Below, one piece after another: positions 22,328 to 32,853 of a stretch of DNA of 64,000 bases. Source of the stretch: an uncultured Pelagibacteraceae bacterium (GTDB lineage Bacteria; Pseudomonadota; Alphaproteobacteria; Pelagibacterales; Pelagibacteraceae); assembly GCA_902558585.1 (NCBI GenBank), contig CACEEO010000001.1, positions 8,415 through 72,414 on the forward strand, written 5' to 3'. The translations under genes were made by a program, and so were the position numbers. The notes under the pieces are model-generated. The model was given only the letters and a program-made list of their open reading frames with translations. It did not search any database and was not told the DNA's origin. The first letter of the stretch is position 1, and each line of letters begins with the position of its first letter.

Positions 22328-22981
22328 TTGAAGAATAAATTACTATTTTCAGTTTTTGTTTATTTTATAATTTTAACTCTTCTATCATTAGGGTTTTGGC
22401 AGATTTATAGATTAAATTGGAAATTAGAATTAATTGAACAAATAGAAAATTCTTTAAAAAATAAACCTGTAGAAATATCAAATATTGAAAAAAAAAATTA
22501 TCTAAGAATAAAGACAAGCGGAGAAATTGATTTTGATAAACAAATGTACTTATACAATTTAAATGATACAGGGAAACCTGGATTTGAAGTAATTAATCCA
22601 ATCAAAATTGGTGACGTCAATTACTTATTGAATAGGGGATGGATACCTTTTGAAAAAAAAGATTTACCTGAAATAAATTTAGTTGATCAAAATCAAATAG
22701 TTGGAACTCTTATGCTGCAAACTAAAGCAAGTACGTTTAAGCCAGAGAACGATATTGAGAAAAATTATTGGTTTACTTTGAATAGAGAAGATATTTCAAA
22801 ATTTACTGGAAGAAATTTTTCAGAGTATGTCATTTATTTAAACGGTGATTATAAAATTCCAAAACCAAGAGTGATTACTGCTAAAATTTCAAATAATCAT
22901 AAGAAGTATGCAATTACTTGGTTTTCTATGGCGATTTCAATTCTTTTAATATATTTATATTTTAGGAAAAAAAATTATTAA
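22328..22981 (+). CDS. SURF1 family oxidase assembly protein
   Basis: LGFWQIYRLNWK, NRGWIP, NNHKKYAITWF. Confidence 0.95.
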   Translation: MKNKLLFSVFVYFIILTLLSLGFWQIYRLNWKLELIEQIENSLKNKPVEISNIEKKNYLRIKTSGEIDFDKQMYLYNLNDTGKPGFEVINPIKIGDVNYLLNRGWIPFEKKDLPEINLVDQNQIVGTLMLQTKASTFKPENDIEKNYWFTLNREDISKFTGRNFSEYVIYLNGDYKIPKPRVITAKISNNHKKYAITWFSMAISILLIYLYFRKKNY

Positions 22982-24364
22982 ATGAGATACGTAAGTACAA
23001 GAGACACATCAAAAACCTTTGAATTTAAAGACGTTTTTATCAAAGGTCTTGCCGACGATGGAGGTTTATTTATTCCAGAAACATTAATGAAATATGGGGA
23101 AAATGAAATTAGAGATTTAAAAAAACTTAGTTATTCAGAGTTAGCAAAAAAAATTGTTTATCCATTTATTGGTAATTTTATGTCTGAAGCTGAATTGAGT
23201 AAAATTATTGATAAATCTTACTCCACATTTAGAAAGGATAACGTTGTAGATTTCATAAAGCTTGGAGACAAAACAATATTAGAATTATTTCATGGTCCGA
23301 CTTTAGCTTTTAAAGACGTTGCCATGCAACTTTTAGGTAACTTTTATGAATATTACCTAAACAATGAAAATCAAAAAATTAATATTGTTGTTGCCACATC
23401 TGGAGATACTGGTGCTGCAGCAATTGATGCAATTAAAGGTAAAAAAAATGTTAATATTTTTGTGCTTCACCCAGATAATCGTGTTTCACCAGTGCAAAGA
23501 AAATTAATGACAACAGGTAAATATGAAAATGTATTTAATATAGCTATAAAGGGAAATTTTGATGATTGTCAAAACCTAGTTAAATCTATGTTTGCAGATA
23601 AGCAGTTTTCAAATGATATCAAAATGTCAGGGGTAAACTCTATTAATTGGGCAAGGATTATTGCTCAAAGTGTTTATTACTTTTATAGTTATTTATCAGT
23701 TGAAGATGCAAGTGAACCAACAAATTTTTCAGTGCCGACAGGAAATTTTGGAGATGTATATGCAGGATATTTAGCCAAAAAAATGGGCTTGCCTATAAAT
23801 AAATTAATTGTTGCAACTAATCAAAACGATATTTTACATAGAGCAATATCAAAAGGTAGTTATGAAGCAGAAAAGGTTTCAGAAACTATTTCACCTAGTA
23901 TGGATATTCAAATAGCTAGTAATTTCGAGAGACTTATATTCGATCTTAATAATGAGGATGATAAACAGACGTCATTAGATATGAAAAATATTAAAGAGAA
24001 TGGAAAATATTTAATTGGTGATTATAAATTAAATAAAATTAGAGAAAATTTCTTATCAGCTAGTCTGAGTGAGAATGAGACTTTGGAGGTTATTAAAAAG
24101 GTGTATGAAAAATTTTCTGAAGTTTTAGATCCACACACAGCAATTGGATATGGTGCTTTCGACAAACACAAACTAAGAGGAAATAATATTGTACTAGCAA
24201 CTGCACATCCATGTAAATTTCCTGATGCTATTTCCAAAGCTATTAATTTAAAATCTGATTTACCAAAAGAACTCGAGTTTATTTTGAATGAAAAAGAAGA
24301 TTATGATATAGTAGAAAATAATTTAGAAAAAATTAAAAACTATATTATAGGTAAAATAAAATGA
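22982..24364 (+). CDS. thrC: Threonine synthase
   Basis: YVSTR, GLADDGGL, ELFHGPTLAFKD, NSINWAR, ATAHPCKF. Confidence 0.98.
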   Translation: MRYVSTRDTSKTFEFKDVFIKGLADDGGLFIPETLMKYGENEIRDLKKLSYSELAKKIVYPFIGNFMSEAELSKIIDKSYSTFRKDNVVDFIKLGDKTILELFHGPTLAFKDVAMQLLGNFYEYYLNNENQKINIVVATSGDTGAAAIDAIKGKKNVNIFVLHPDNRVSPVQRKLMTTGKYENVFNIAIKGNFDDCQNLVKSMFADKQFSNDIKMSGVNSINWARIIAQSVYYFYSYLSVEDASEPTNFSVPTGNFGDVYAGYLAKKMGLPINKLIVATNQNDILHRAISKGSYEAEKVSETISPSMDIQIASNFERLIFDLNNEDDKQTSLDMKNIKENGKYLIGDYKLNKIRENFLSASLSENETLEVIKKVYEKFSEVLDPHTAIGYGAFDKHKLRGNNIVLATAHPCKFPDAISKAINLKSDLPKELEFILNEKEDYDIVENNLEKIKNYIIGKIK

Positions 24365-24849
24365 AGATTAAAGAAGGGGAACAACTTCCAAATTCAGAAT
24401 TTTATTATTTAGACTCAAGCGGAGCAGCAAAAAAAATAACTACAGCAGAAGTTTTTAAAAATCATAAAACAATTGTTATTGGTGTTCCTGGAGCATTTAC
24501 AAAAGTCTGTTCCGCAAAACATCTTCCAGGGTATGTTAATAATTACGAGGAAGCAAAGAATAAAGGGGTTACAAAAATTATTTGTGTTTCAGTTAATGAT
24601 CCAAATGTGATGAAAGCATGGGGTGATAGTCAAAAAGTTGAAGATAAAATATTTATGGCTGCAGACCCATATTGTGAATTTACTAAATCAATAGGGGCAG
24701 AAATAGACAGACACGACAGAGGTCAAGGAATGAGATCGGCAAGATATACAATGTTAATTGATAATAATGTAGTACAAAAAATACAAGCAGAAGAAGATAC
24801 TGCTTCTTGTGAAATCTCAGCAGCTCAAAATTTTTTAAAATTAATTTAA
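24361..24849 (+). CDS. Peroxiredoxin (Prx5 type)
   Basis: PGAFTKVCSAKHLPGY, SVND, RSARY. Confidence 0.93.
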   Translation: MKIKEGEQLPNSEFYYLDSSGAAKKITTAEVFKNHKTIVIGVPGAFTKVCSAKHLPGYVNNYEEAKNKGVTKIICVSVNDPNVMKAWGDSQKVEDKIFMAADPYCEFTKSIGAEIDRHDRGQGMRSARYTMLIDNNVVQKIQAEEDTASCEISAAQNFLKLI

Positions 24850-25286
24850 ATTTCTTCGTTATAAGAAATATTATTTGCTTCGTTCCTCGCAATTTCATCA
24901 ACTTTGTTGTTCAATTTATCTGATGAATGTCCTTTGACCCACTCCCATTTTACTTTTTTATTTTTAGATAGTTTTTCAAGCATTAACCAAAGGTCTTTAT
25001 TTTTAACTGGTTTTTTTTCTGCAGTCATCCAGCCATTTTTTTTCCATTTAAAAATCCAAACCTCTATACCATTTTTTACATATTGAGAGTCAGTAACAAT
25101 AGAAATTTCCTTTTTTTGAACTTTTTTTAATGCTTTTATTACAGCAATTAATTCCATTCTGTTGTTTGTAGTGTAGGGCTCAGATCCAGAAATAATCTTT
25201 TGTTTTTTATTTTCCAAAATTATCGCTGCCCATCCACCTTTTCCTGGATTTCCAATACATGAACCATCTGTATAAATTTTTATCAT
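24846..25286 (-). CDS. rnhA: Ribonuclease HI
   Basis: YTDGSC-GNPG, TTNNRMEL, TDSQY, VKNKDLW, WVKGH. Confidence 0.98.
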   Translation of the reverse strand: MIKIYTDGSCIGNPGKGGWAAIILENKKQKIISGSEPYTTNNRMELIAVIKALKKVQKKEISIVTDSQYVKNGIEVWIFKWKKNGWMTAEKKPVKNKDLWLMLEKLSKNKKVKWEWVKGHSSDKLNNKVDEIARNEANNISYNEEI

Positions 25287-26251
25287 TATTTTAAATAGTC
25301 TCTAAATGAATTTAAGTTATTGTGGGATAATAGTTTTTGATAATACTCATTAGGATCTTTAATTTTAATCAATGCTGTTTTTGGCGTATTAGAGTAATCA
25401 TATAGTCTAGTTAATAAATACCTTAACGCTGCTCCTCGACATAAAATATTTATAGATTTTTTTTCTTTCAATAAAATTTTTTTAACACTTTCGTAACCTC
25501 TAATTAAATTTTTAATTTTCTTCTTATTCATTTGAAATTTCTTCTTTTTATAATCAAAACAGAGGGCATTTATACATATAGCAATTTCATACATAAAATA
25601 ATCATTAGCAGCAAAGTAGAAATCAATAATTCCAGAAAGTTTATTTTTTTTGAAGAATATATTATCTATAAATAAGTCACCATGGATAATACCTTTGGGT
25701 AATTGTTTAGGCCAATTTTTATTAATATCTTTTAGGTTATTTTTTAAGAATACTTTTAAATTTGAAAACTTTTTTGACTTAAATTTAATACTCTCCAACA
25801 AAGGTTTTAAATTTCTAATACTCATCGAATTTTTTCTATTAAGCTTCATTTTATTTGTGACCACATGCATTCGAGCAATTGTTTTACCAATTGCATAACA
25901 ATCATTTATATTTAATATTTTTTTATCTTTACCCTCTAAGAATGATACAATACACGCAGTTTTATTTTTTAATTTAATAAGATATTTATTTTCTTTGGTT
26001 TTCAGTGGCTTGGGACAGTTTATTTTTGAATTATTCAAATTATCCATTAATTTCATAAAAAAAGGTATTTCTTTTTGCAAAACTCTTTTTTCAAAAATAG
26101 TTAAAATATATTTTTTCTTTTTTGATTTAAGAAGATAGTTTGTGTTTTCTATTCCTTGCTTGATACCTTTAAAACTTGTTACTTTATCAATATTAAAATT
26201 TTTATTAATAATATTAATTTCTTTTTGATTTATTTTTGTATAGACAGCCAT
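25286..26251 (-). CDS. thrB: Homoserine kinase (type II, APH-like)
   Basis: MAVYT, GIENTNY, IHGDLFIDN, IDFYFA; ispH-thrB-rnhA order. Confidence 0.95.
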   Translation of the reverse strand: MAVYTKINQKEINIINKNFNIDKVTSFKGIKQGIENTNYLLKSKKKKYILTIFEKRVLQKEIPFFMKLMDNLNNSKINCPKPLKTKENKYLIKLKNKTACIVSFLEGKDKKILNINDCYAIGKTIARMHVVTNKMKLNRKNSMSIRNLKPLLESIKFKSKKFSNLKVFLKNNLKDINKNWPKQLPKGIIHGDLFIDNIFFKKNKLSGIIDFYFAANDYFMYEIAICINALCFDYKKKKFQMNKKKIKNLIRGYESVKKILLKEKKSINILCRGAALRYLLTRLYDYSNTPKTALIKIKDPNEYYQKLLSHNNLNSFRDYLK

Positions 26252-26253
26252 TT

Positions 26254-27198
26254 TTAATTTAATTTGTTGGGAACTTTAAATACTACATCTTCTTTAATTA
26301 TTTCAACTTCATCGATACTTATAGAAAATTTATTTTTTAAATCTTTAATAAAATTTTCAACCAATATTTCTGGTGCAGATGCTCCCGAAGATATACCTAT
26401 TGTATTGCAATTTTCTATTTGATCATAAGGTATTGAGCTTTCAGAGTGAATAAGTAGTGAATTTTCACAGCCTGATTTTTTTGCTACTTCAACTAGTCTA
26501 ACAGAATTTGAAGAGTTTCTACTTCCAATAACAAAAAACATATCACAATTTTTTGCAATATTTTTTACTGCCATTTGACGGTTAGTAGTTGCATAACAAA
26601 TATCTTCTTTCATTGGTTCTTTTATATTAGGAAAATTAGTTTTTAAAATTTTGATTATTTCTTTTGTATCATCAACTGACAAAGTAGTCTGAGTAATATA
26701 TGCTAATTCTTTATTTAGTTTATTTTGATAGTTTGTAGCATCTTCCTCATTTTGGATTAGATCTATAGAACCTTCATTTAATTGCCCCATAGTTCCAATT
26801 ACTTCTGGATGATTTTCATGACCAATTAAAATTATGTGGTAACCAGCTTTATTAAGATTTTCTGCTTCTCTATGAACCTTAGAAACAAGTGGACATGTAG
26901 CATCAACATAAGTCATTTTATAATTTTTTGCATCTTCAGGTATTTTTTTTGGAACACCATGGGCTGAAAAAATTACAGGTCTTGATTTATCCTTTATCTC
27001 CTCCAGCTCTTCAACAAATATTGCCCCTTTATTCTTTAAATCATCTACCACATACTTATTATGTACAATTTCATGTCGTACATAAACTGGAGATCCAAAT
27101 TTTTGTATAGATTTTTCTACTATTTCAATCGCTCTTTCTACTCCAGCACAAAATCCACGAGGTGCAGATAATAATATTTTTAATTCTTTATTTTTCAT
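26254..27198 (-). CDS. ispH: 4-hydroxy-3-methylbut-2-enyl diphosphate reductase
   Basis: PRGFCAGVERA, SAHG, DATCPLV, DICYATTNRQ, NSSNS, GASAP. Confidence 0.98.
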   Translation of the reverse strand: MKNKELKILLSAPRGFCAGVERAIEIVEKSIQKFGSPVYVRHEIVHNKYVVDDLKNKGAIFVEELEEIKDKSRPVIFSAHGVPKKIPEDAKNYKMTYVDATCPLVSKVHREAENLNKAGYHIILIGHENHPEVIGTMGQLNEGSIDLIQNEEDATNYQNKLNKELAYITQTTLSVDDTKEIIKILKTNFPNIKEPMKEDICYATTNRQMAVKNIAKNCDMFFVIGSRNSSNSVRLVEVAKKSGCENSLLIHSESSIPYDQIENCNTIGISSGASAPEILVENFIKDLKNKFSISIDEVEIIKEDVVFKVPNKLN

Positions 27199-28123
27199 TT
27201 TTTTCTAAAAAATATTCCAGCAATATATGTGGAAAGGTTAAAGACGCCAAACCTATAAATATTATTTTTAAAATTGCACTATCCAAATTATATGAATTAT
27301 TCATTAGATATAGCGCAATAAAAGAAAAAATAGCAGTTAAAATTGTTAAAGGCCAAGCTTTCTTTAGAAACAATTTAGATCCATTAACTATACTATTTGG
27401 ATCAAGTTCAATAGCGAGGGAAATTGAATGTCTGATCGAGTGTAAAAAACAGAAATAAACAGTAAAAGCTATTAGTGGAGATAAATAATAATTTAATATT
27501 AAAATTGAAAAATAATCTAAAAAAATAACAAATTTCTTTATTTCAAAATTCTTTAAGAAAAGAAAAATACTAGATAGAGTGCTACAGAATATTCCTATTT
27601 GAATTACATTATTTGTCTCTATAAAATTCAAACTTGAATAAAATATCTCATTATCGATTAATAATAATTTGAAAATCGCTATTGTTTCCTGAAAATGAAA
27701 ATACAAAGGAGCAAGTATAATTAAAAATCCTTTAAAAAAATAAAGTATTTGAGTGAAATAAGATCTTTTATTAATCAAAAATTGTGTATCTTCTTTTCCA
27801 AAGTGGTAGGAAGCGATCATTAAAAAAACAATTAAAGTTATTGATGGTAACAATATCCAAGTTACTATGACTAATGCCGAAATTAAAATGTATGTAATAT
27901 AGAATATATAATTTGATTTTATATTAAATAATTTAAGCAGTTTTTTTCCTTTAATATGGTCTAATGAACCGTGGGAAACCCCTATTATTAAAATTAAAAG
28001 TAAACACAAAATTGACGAAATATTTAAATTATTAAACTTAAATAGTAAAATACAAAAAATGTTTACAACAAAGAAAAAAATAAATGAATGATTTAGATTT
28101 ATTTTTTTTATTTTATTGTTCAT
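27188..28123 (-). CDS. blh: Beta-carotene 15,15'-dioxygenase (Brp/Blh family)
   Basis: Polytopic membrane protein; GVSHGSLDH, YHFG, YFCFLHSIRH, LTFPH; follows crtY. Confidence 0.93.
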   Translation of the reverse strand: MNNKIKKINLNHSFIFFFVVNIFCILLFKFNNLNISSILCLLLILIIGVSHGSLDHIKGKKLLKLFNIKSNYIFYITYILISALVIVTWILLPSITLIVFLMIASYHFGKEDTQFLINKRSYFTQILYFFKGFLIILAPLYFHFQETIAIFKLLLIDNEIFYSSLNFIETNNVIQIGIFCSTLSSIFLFLKNFEIKKFVIFLDYFSILILNYYLSPLIAFTVYFCFLHSIRHSISLAIELDPNSIVNGSKLFLKKAWPLTILTAIFSFIALYLMNNSYNLDSAILKIIFIGLASLTFPHILLEYFLEKNEK

Positions 28124-28124
28124 T

Positions 28125-29189
28125 TTAAATTAATTCTTTTAAAAATTTCCACTTTGGCATTTTTAGAATTACTTCTAAATCTTCAAAAAAACTGCTTTTG
28201 TTTGATAAAAAATTTATAGCTGTTTTAGGTTTTGAATTAAAAACTTTGAAAAATATATTGCCCATTTCATTGGAATTATTTTTAAGAACTCTTAATAAGA
28301 TTTTATCTAAAAAATCATATTTTGAATTAATTTTAAATAAATTTGTATTTTTAATATTTTCTATGTTTTCTCTTATATATCTGCTCTGTTCTTGAATATT
28401 TAGGAACGTATAACCCGTACTTAATCTAGTCATGCCTCCTGCTGAGCCTATGTAAATTTCATTTGATTTACTTACATTTTTTTGTCTAAAAAGTGGGATT
28501 GCTCCAGTTTCTTTGAAATTAATTTTACAGTTTCTGATATTGAGATGTTTACTCAAATAATCATCAATTTGTTCATCATAATCTTTCAGTTTTTCATTAT
28601 TTAGTTCAGATATCCAAGTAGTTTCAACTAATGCATTTCTTTTAGTAAATGGTAGCGTATAAAAAAAATGAACTTTGTTTCTTTGATCACAAGCAAAGTC
28701 CATCAAATTGAATATTTCGTCATCAAAAAAGTCTTTATCTGTTTCTATTTCAACTCCACAAAAGTGTTGCCATAACTCACGCTGTTTATTCTCAAAATTA
28801 GGTACACTATTAAATACAACTGAATTTGATTTATCTATTTCATCAATACTTTTAAAAAACTGAATATTTTTATTTAATTTAAGTTTTGAAAGTATTTTTT
28901 CGTAGAACATACCACTATCAATTGTTTGATATGGTGTAGTTTCGCAATCTACATATTTCGTATTATTGGGTGTATTTATTGTAAAATTATTCCAACTTTT
29001 TTTGACACAGTCATCAAAATTATGTGAAAAAACCTTCCAAAATGACCAGGTTTTATCTCTTTTATAATTTTCTCTTGGCTCAATAATTGCTAAAGTTTTA
29101 TCTTTTAATTTATCATAAACTTCCAGCTCATATGCTAATGAAAGACCTGCACAACCACCGCCTATAATTATATAATCAAATTCTTTCAT
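28125..29189 (-). CDS. crtY: Lycopene beta-cyclase
   Basis: GGGCAGLSLA, TWSFW, LMDF, FFYTLPF, ETGAIP, STGYTF. Confidence 0.9.
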   Translation of the reverse strand: MKEFDYIIIGGGCAGLSLAYELEVYDKLKDKTLAIIEPRENYKRDKTWSFWKVFSHNFDDCVKKSWNNFTINTPNNTKYVDCETTPYQTIDSGMFYEKILSKLKLNKNIQFFKSIDEIDKSNSVVFNSVPNFENKQRELWQHFCGVEIETDKDFFDDEIFNLMDFACDQRNKVHFFYTLPFTKRNALVETTWISELNNEKLKDYDEQIDDYLSKHLNIRNCKINFKETGAIPLFRQKNVSKSNEIYIGSAGGMTRLSTGYTFLNIQEQSRYIRENIENIKNTNLFKINSKYDFLDKILLRVLKNNSNEMGNIFFKVFNSKPKTAINFLSNKSSFFEDLEVILKMPKWKFLKELI

Positions 29190-30027
29190 TTAAATTTATT
29201 TCTTCATTAATTAAATTATGATCATGATTAATATTATCATCGTTTTTACTTATAAGTGATAACTTAATTAAGTCAAAAACAGATAAAAAGGTTTCAATAA
29301 TTTTTTCAATATTTGAAACATAAATTTTTCCTGACTTTTTATAATTTTCTATGTTTTGCTTATTTAAAATTTTATATCCTATTTTTCTATAAACCCTTCT
29401 TGCAACTAAAATAGAAAATCTGAAACTTAATGGTATTTCTTTTATTGAGTAAAATGAGTTTTCATAAAACTTTTCTGAAAGCTTGATAGTAGTTTTTATT
29501 TCCTCAAAACTTTCATTGATGTAAAATCTATTATTTTTTTTATCTTCCACAACATCCCTAGAAATATTTGTTAATTGCATAGCAATCCCAAGATCAATAG
29601 CTGATTTTAGAGATTGTTCTTTGTGAACATTCAATATTTTAGCCATCATTAATCCAACTGTTCCAGCCACCCTATAGGAATATATTAATAATTCTTTTTT
29701 TGAATTAAGTTTAATATTTTCTTTTATATCAGAATTAATACCCTCAAATAAATCGTCTATAATTTTAGTAGAAATATTAAATTCATTAATAAGATCCCAC
29801 ATGTTTTTAATAATTGGATCATCATAATTTCTGTTTACAAAATTATTTCTAAATTTAATAAAATTATCTTTTTTTATTTCTATCTTATTTTCATCGTCAG
29901 CAATATTATCTACTTCCCTACAAAAATCATAAAGCGCAGAGCATTTTTGATAGGTTTTTTTTGGTAAAAAAAAACCTGCCCAATTGAAAGATTTTGCGTA
30001 AATGGCTATATAATTCTTTGTTATCAT
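29176..30027 (-). CDS. crtB: Phytoene synthase
   Basis: AKSF, LYDFCREVDNIAD, YRVAGTVG, AMQLTNISRDVVED. Confidence 0.95.
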   Translation of the reverse strand: MITKNYIAIYAKSFNWAGFFLPKKTYQKCSALYDFCREVDNIADDENKIEIKKDNFIKFRNNFVNRNYDDPIIKNMWDLINEFNISTKIIDDLFEGINSDIKENIKLNSKKELLIYSYRVAGTVGLMMAKILNVHKEQSLKSAIDLGIAMQLTNISRDVVEDKKNNRFYINESFEEIKTTIKLSEKFYENSFYSIKEIPLSFRFSILVARRVYRKIGYKILNKQNIENYKKSGKIYVSNIEKIIETFLSVFDLIKLSLISKNDDNINHDHNLINEEINLNERI

Positions 30028-31487
30028 TAAAATAATTTATCTAAAACTTTTGCTGAAGAGAGAACTCCTGGAACCCCAGCCCCTGGATGTGTGCCCGCAC
30101 CAACAAAGTACAAACCATCATATATTTCTGATTTATTATGAAATCTAAAGTATGCAGATTGTGTAAATTTAGGTTGAATTGAAAACCCCGATCCAAATTT
30201 TGTATTTAACTCTTTTTCAAAGTAATCAGGCGTTAGATAAAAATCTTCAACTATATTGTTCTTAAGATCTGGCATTAAGTCTTTTTCCATTTTTTCAATT
30301 ACAAGATTTTTCATTTTCTCACCTTCAGTTTCCCAATTTATTTTTGACTGATTGTTAGGAACAGGTACTAACACATAAAAACAATCATTCCCTTCTGGGG
30401 CCATAGTTTTATCAGTCGCTGTAGGTCTGTGAAGGTAATAGCTAATATCATGATTTAATTTTTTCTTGTCAAATATGTCATCAAGGTGTTCCTTATATTT
30501 ATTTCCAAACTTTATTGTATGATGTTCAACATTCTCATAAATTTTTTTTGTTCCAAAATAGTAAACAAATAAACCCATAGAATATTCCATTCGGTTTTTT
30601 TTCCAGTTAAACAACATGGAACTCTCGTTACTTTTGCTTAACATTTTCTCATAAAATGCAGGCGGATCTGCATTACAAACAACATTATCTGCACCAATTT
30701 CATTTTCATTATTTAATTTTACACCACTTATTTTATTATTTTTTGTTATAATTTCAGTTACTTCACTGTTTTTTATTATTTCAATACCAACCTCACTCAT
30801 TAACTTTTCAAAACCTTTAATTATATTTCCTGTTCCTCCAACTGAATAGTGTATTCCCCATTTTTTTTCTAAATAAAGAATTAATCCATAAATAGAGGTG
30901 GTGGTAAAAGGATTTCCCCCAACTAGTAAAGGATGCATGCTAAGCATTCTTCTTAATTTTTCATTTTTTATATAAGATGAAACAAGTGAGTAAACTGATT
31001 TATAACTTTTTAGTTTTAATAGAGCAGGCAATTGTTGCATCATTACGAAAGGTTTATCAAATGGTACATCTGCAAGTTCTAAAAAACCTTTATCAAATAT
31101 TTTTTTTGTAAAATTAACTAATTTTTCATATCCATTTACATCTTCTTTGCTAAGCTTCTCAATTTGGTCTTTCATCTCTATTTCGTCACCTGAATAGTTA
31201 AATTTAGTTTTGTCCTCAAAAATAAATTGGTACCAAATTTTAAGTGGAGTTAGTTCTATATAGTTTTTTGGATCTTTATTGAATAACTCGAACAATTCAT
31301 TAATTAAATAGGGCGCAGTAATTACTGTTGGTCCAGCATCATAGATAAATCCATTTCTTTTAAAAACTCTAGCTCTACCACCTAGGTCTGGATGTTTTTC
31401 AATTAATTTTACCTTATGTCCTTTTGCTTTAAGTCTTAGTGCTGCTGCGATCCCACCAAATCCTGATCCAATGACTATAGAGTTCAT
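30027..31487 (-). CDS. crtI: Phytoene desaturase
   Basis: GSGFGG, DAGPTVIT, LLVGGNPF, VGAGTHPGAGVPGV. Confidence 0.97.
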   Translation of the reverse strand: MNSIVIGSGFGGIAAALRLKAKGHKVKLIEKHPDLGGRARVFKRNGFIYDAGPTVITAPYLINELFELFNKDPKNYIELTPLKIWYQFIFEDKTKFNYSGDEIEMKDQIEKLSKEDVNGYEKLVNFTKKIFDKGFLELADVPFDKPFVMMQQLPALLKLKSYKSVYSLVSSYIKNEKLRRMLSMHPLLVGGNPFTTTSIYGLILYLEKKWGIHYSVGGTGNIIKGFEKLMSEVGIEIIKNSEVTEIITKNNKISGVKLNNENEIGADNVVCNADPPAFYEKMLSKSNESSMLFNWKKNRMEYSMGLFVYYFGTKKIYENVEHHTIKFGNKYKEHLDDIFDKKKLNHDISYYLHRPTATDKTMAPEGNDCFYVLVPVPNNQSKINWETEGEKMKNLVIEKMEKDLMPDLKNNIVEDFYLTPDYFEKELNTKFGSGFSIQPKFTQSAYFRFHNKSEIYDGLYFVGAGTHPGAGVPGVLSSAKVLDKLF

Positions 31488-31526
31488 TTTAATAATTTAT
31501 AGCTTTTTTGAAAAATTGTAAGTGTA

Positions 31527-32024
31527 TTATGAGTTAATTTTTTTTAACTCTGCTTTGGTTTCATCTAAATTTTTTTGAAACACAGCATCTAATTTTGACT
31601 TGTCTACAGATGTAGTTATTATTTTTTTAACTGAGTCCACTGCGATTTTTATTGATGTGTCCTTAATTTCTTTTAAAGCCGCTTCTTTCATCTGACTTAT
31701 TTTATTTTCAACTAAATTTTTCTTTATTTCTGATGATTTATGAAACTTATCATTCATCTCTATTATTAATCTATCCGCATCTTTTTTGGCATTCTTAAGA
31801 ATTTCGTTGCTTACAGACTGAGCTGTATCTAATTTTTTTTGCGAGTTATCTAATAGTGTTTTTGCCTCAGTTCTTAATTTTTCACTTTCATCAATTTCAT
31901 TTTTAATATCAGATATCATTTTATCTAACATTTCAGAAATTTTTTGAGGAATTTTAAGGTAAATTAATGCTCCAAAAAAAATAATAAATGATACGGCTAC
32001 CCAAAATGTTGCATCAATTGCCAT
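31527..32024 (-). CDS. atpF: F0 ATP synthase subunit b
   Basis: DATFWVAVSF TM anchor plus coiled coil; last gene of F0 cluster; ATG 32024. Confidence 0.92.
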   Translation of the reverse strand: MAIDATFWVAVSFIIFFGALIYLKIPQKISEMLDKMISDIKNEIDESEKLRTEAKTLLDNSQKKLDTAQSVSNEILKNAKKDADRLIIEMNDKFHKSSEIKKNLVENKISQMKEAALKEIKDTSIKIAVDSVKKIITTSVDKSKLDAVFQKNLDETKAELKKINS

Positions 32025-32604
32025 AGTATTTATCTCCATTTCTTTTTGATAGATCGTCAACAATTGCAGATATACTACTATTATTTACTTCAGCTCCAAT
32101 TAGTTTTTGCAACAACTCGGACGAAGTCTCAATAGCTATTTTATTTATTTTATCTGGTGCATTCTTTCTTAATGCATCTATTTCTTTTTCAGCCTCAGCA
32201 ATTTCATTATCAATTTGCTTATCAAGAACCTCTTTTTTTGCATTAATGTCTTTTAGTGCTTTTTCTCTTGCTTGATTGAAAATACTATTAGCCTCAAGTT
32301 TGCTTTTAGATATAATTTCATCGTATTCTTTTAGCTTTGCATCACTATCTTCTCTTTGTTTCTCAGCAGCCTCAATATTTTCTAATATTTGAGATTTTCT
32401 CGATTCTAAGTTGTTACTTATTTTTGGTAGTATCAGTTTAGATAAAACTAAATACATAATACCAAAAGTAAGTATTAGCCAAAAAATTTGAGAAACCCAA
32501 AACTCTGGATTTAATTGAGGCATACCTCCGCTTTCAGCTGCAAAAGCTTCTTTAATAAAAAAGAAGCTAAAAAATATTGACTGAAAATATATTTTTTTAA
32601 CCAT
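32014..32604 (-). CDS. F0 ATP synthase subunit b'
   Basis: GMPQLN..SQIFWL TM plus coiled coil; between atpE and atpF. Confidence 0.92.
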   Translation of the reverse strand: MVKKIYFQSIFFSFFFIKEAFAAESGGMPQLNPEFWVSQIFWLILTFGIMYLVLSKLILPKISNNLESRKSQILENIEAAEKQREDSDAKLKEYDEIISKSKLEANSIFNQAREKALKDINAKKEVLDKQIDNEIAEAEKEIDALRKNAPDKINKIAIETSSELLQKLIGAEVNNSSISAIVDDLSKRNGDKYYGN

Positions 32605-32608
32605 CAAT

Positions 32609-32836
32609 TTAAAACGCAAAGAGAATGATTAACGCAACTACCAATCCGAATAATCCTGTAGCTTCTGCAAGTGCGAAACCTAAAAGTAAGTTAGGAAATT
32701 GTTTTTGTGCTGCAGATGGATTTCTCATTGCACCAGACAAATAATTCCCAAAAATTATTCCAATACCAACACCGGCTCCAGCTAAAGCAATTGCTGCTAA
32801 ACCTGCTCCGATCATTTTTGCTGCTTCTAATTCCAT
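32609..32836 (-). CDS. atpE: F0 ATP synthase subunit c
   Basis: GxGxG helix, RNP loop, FALAE proton-binding Glu. Confidence 0.99.
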   Translation of the reverse strand: MELEAAKMIGAGLAAIALAGAGVGIGIIFGNYLSGAMRNPSAAQKQFPNLLLGFALAEATGLFGLVVALIILFAF

Positions 32837-32840
32837 TATA

Positions 32841-32849
32841 TCCTCCTCT
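32841..32849 (-). promoter_or_regulatory. Strong Shine-Dalgarno of atpE
   Basis: AGAGGAGGA ending 4 nt before the atpE ATG on the minus strand. Confidence 0.85.
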
Positions 32850-32853
32850 GTTA

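Noticed and set aside
32609-32836. Na+-coupled ATP synthase
   Set aside because: Subunit c has FALAEAT without the Gln and ES/T sodium-binding signature; consistent with H+ coupling
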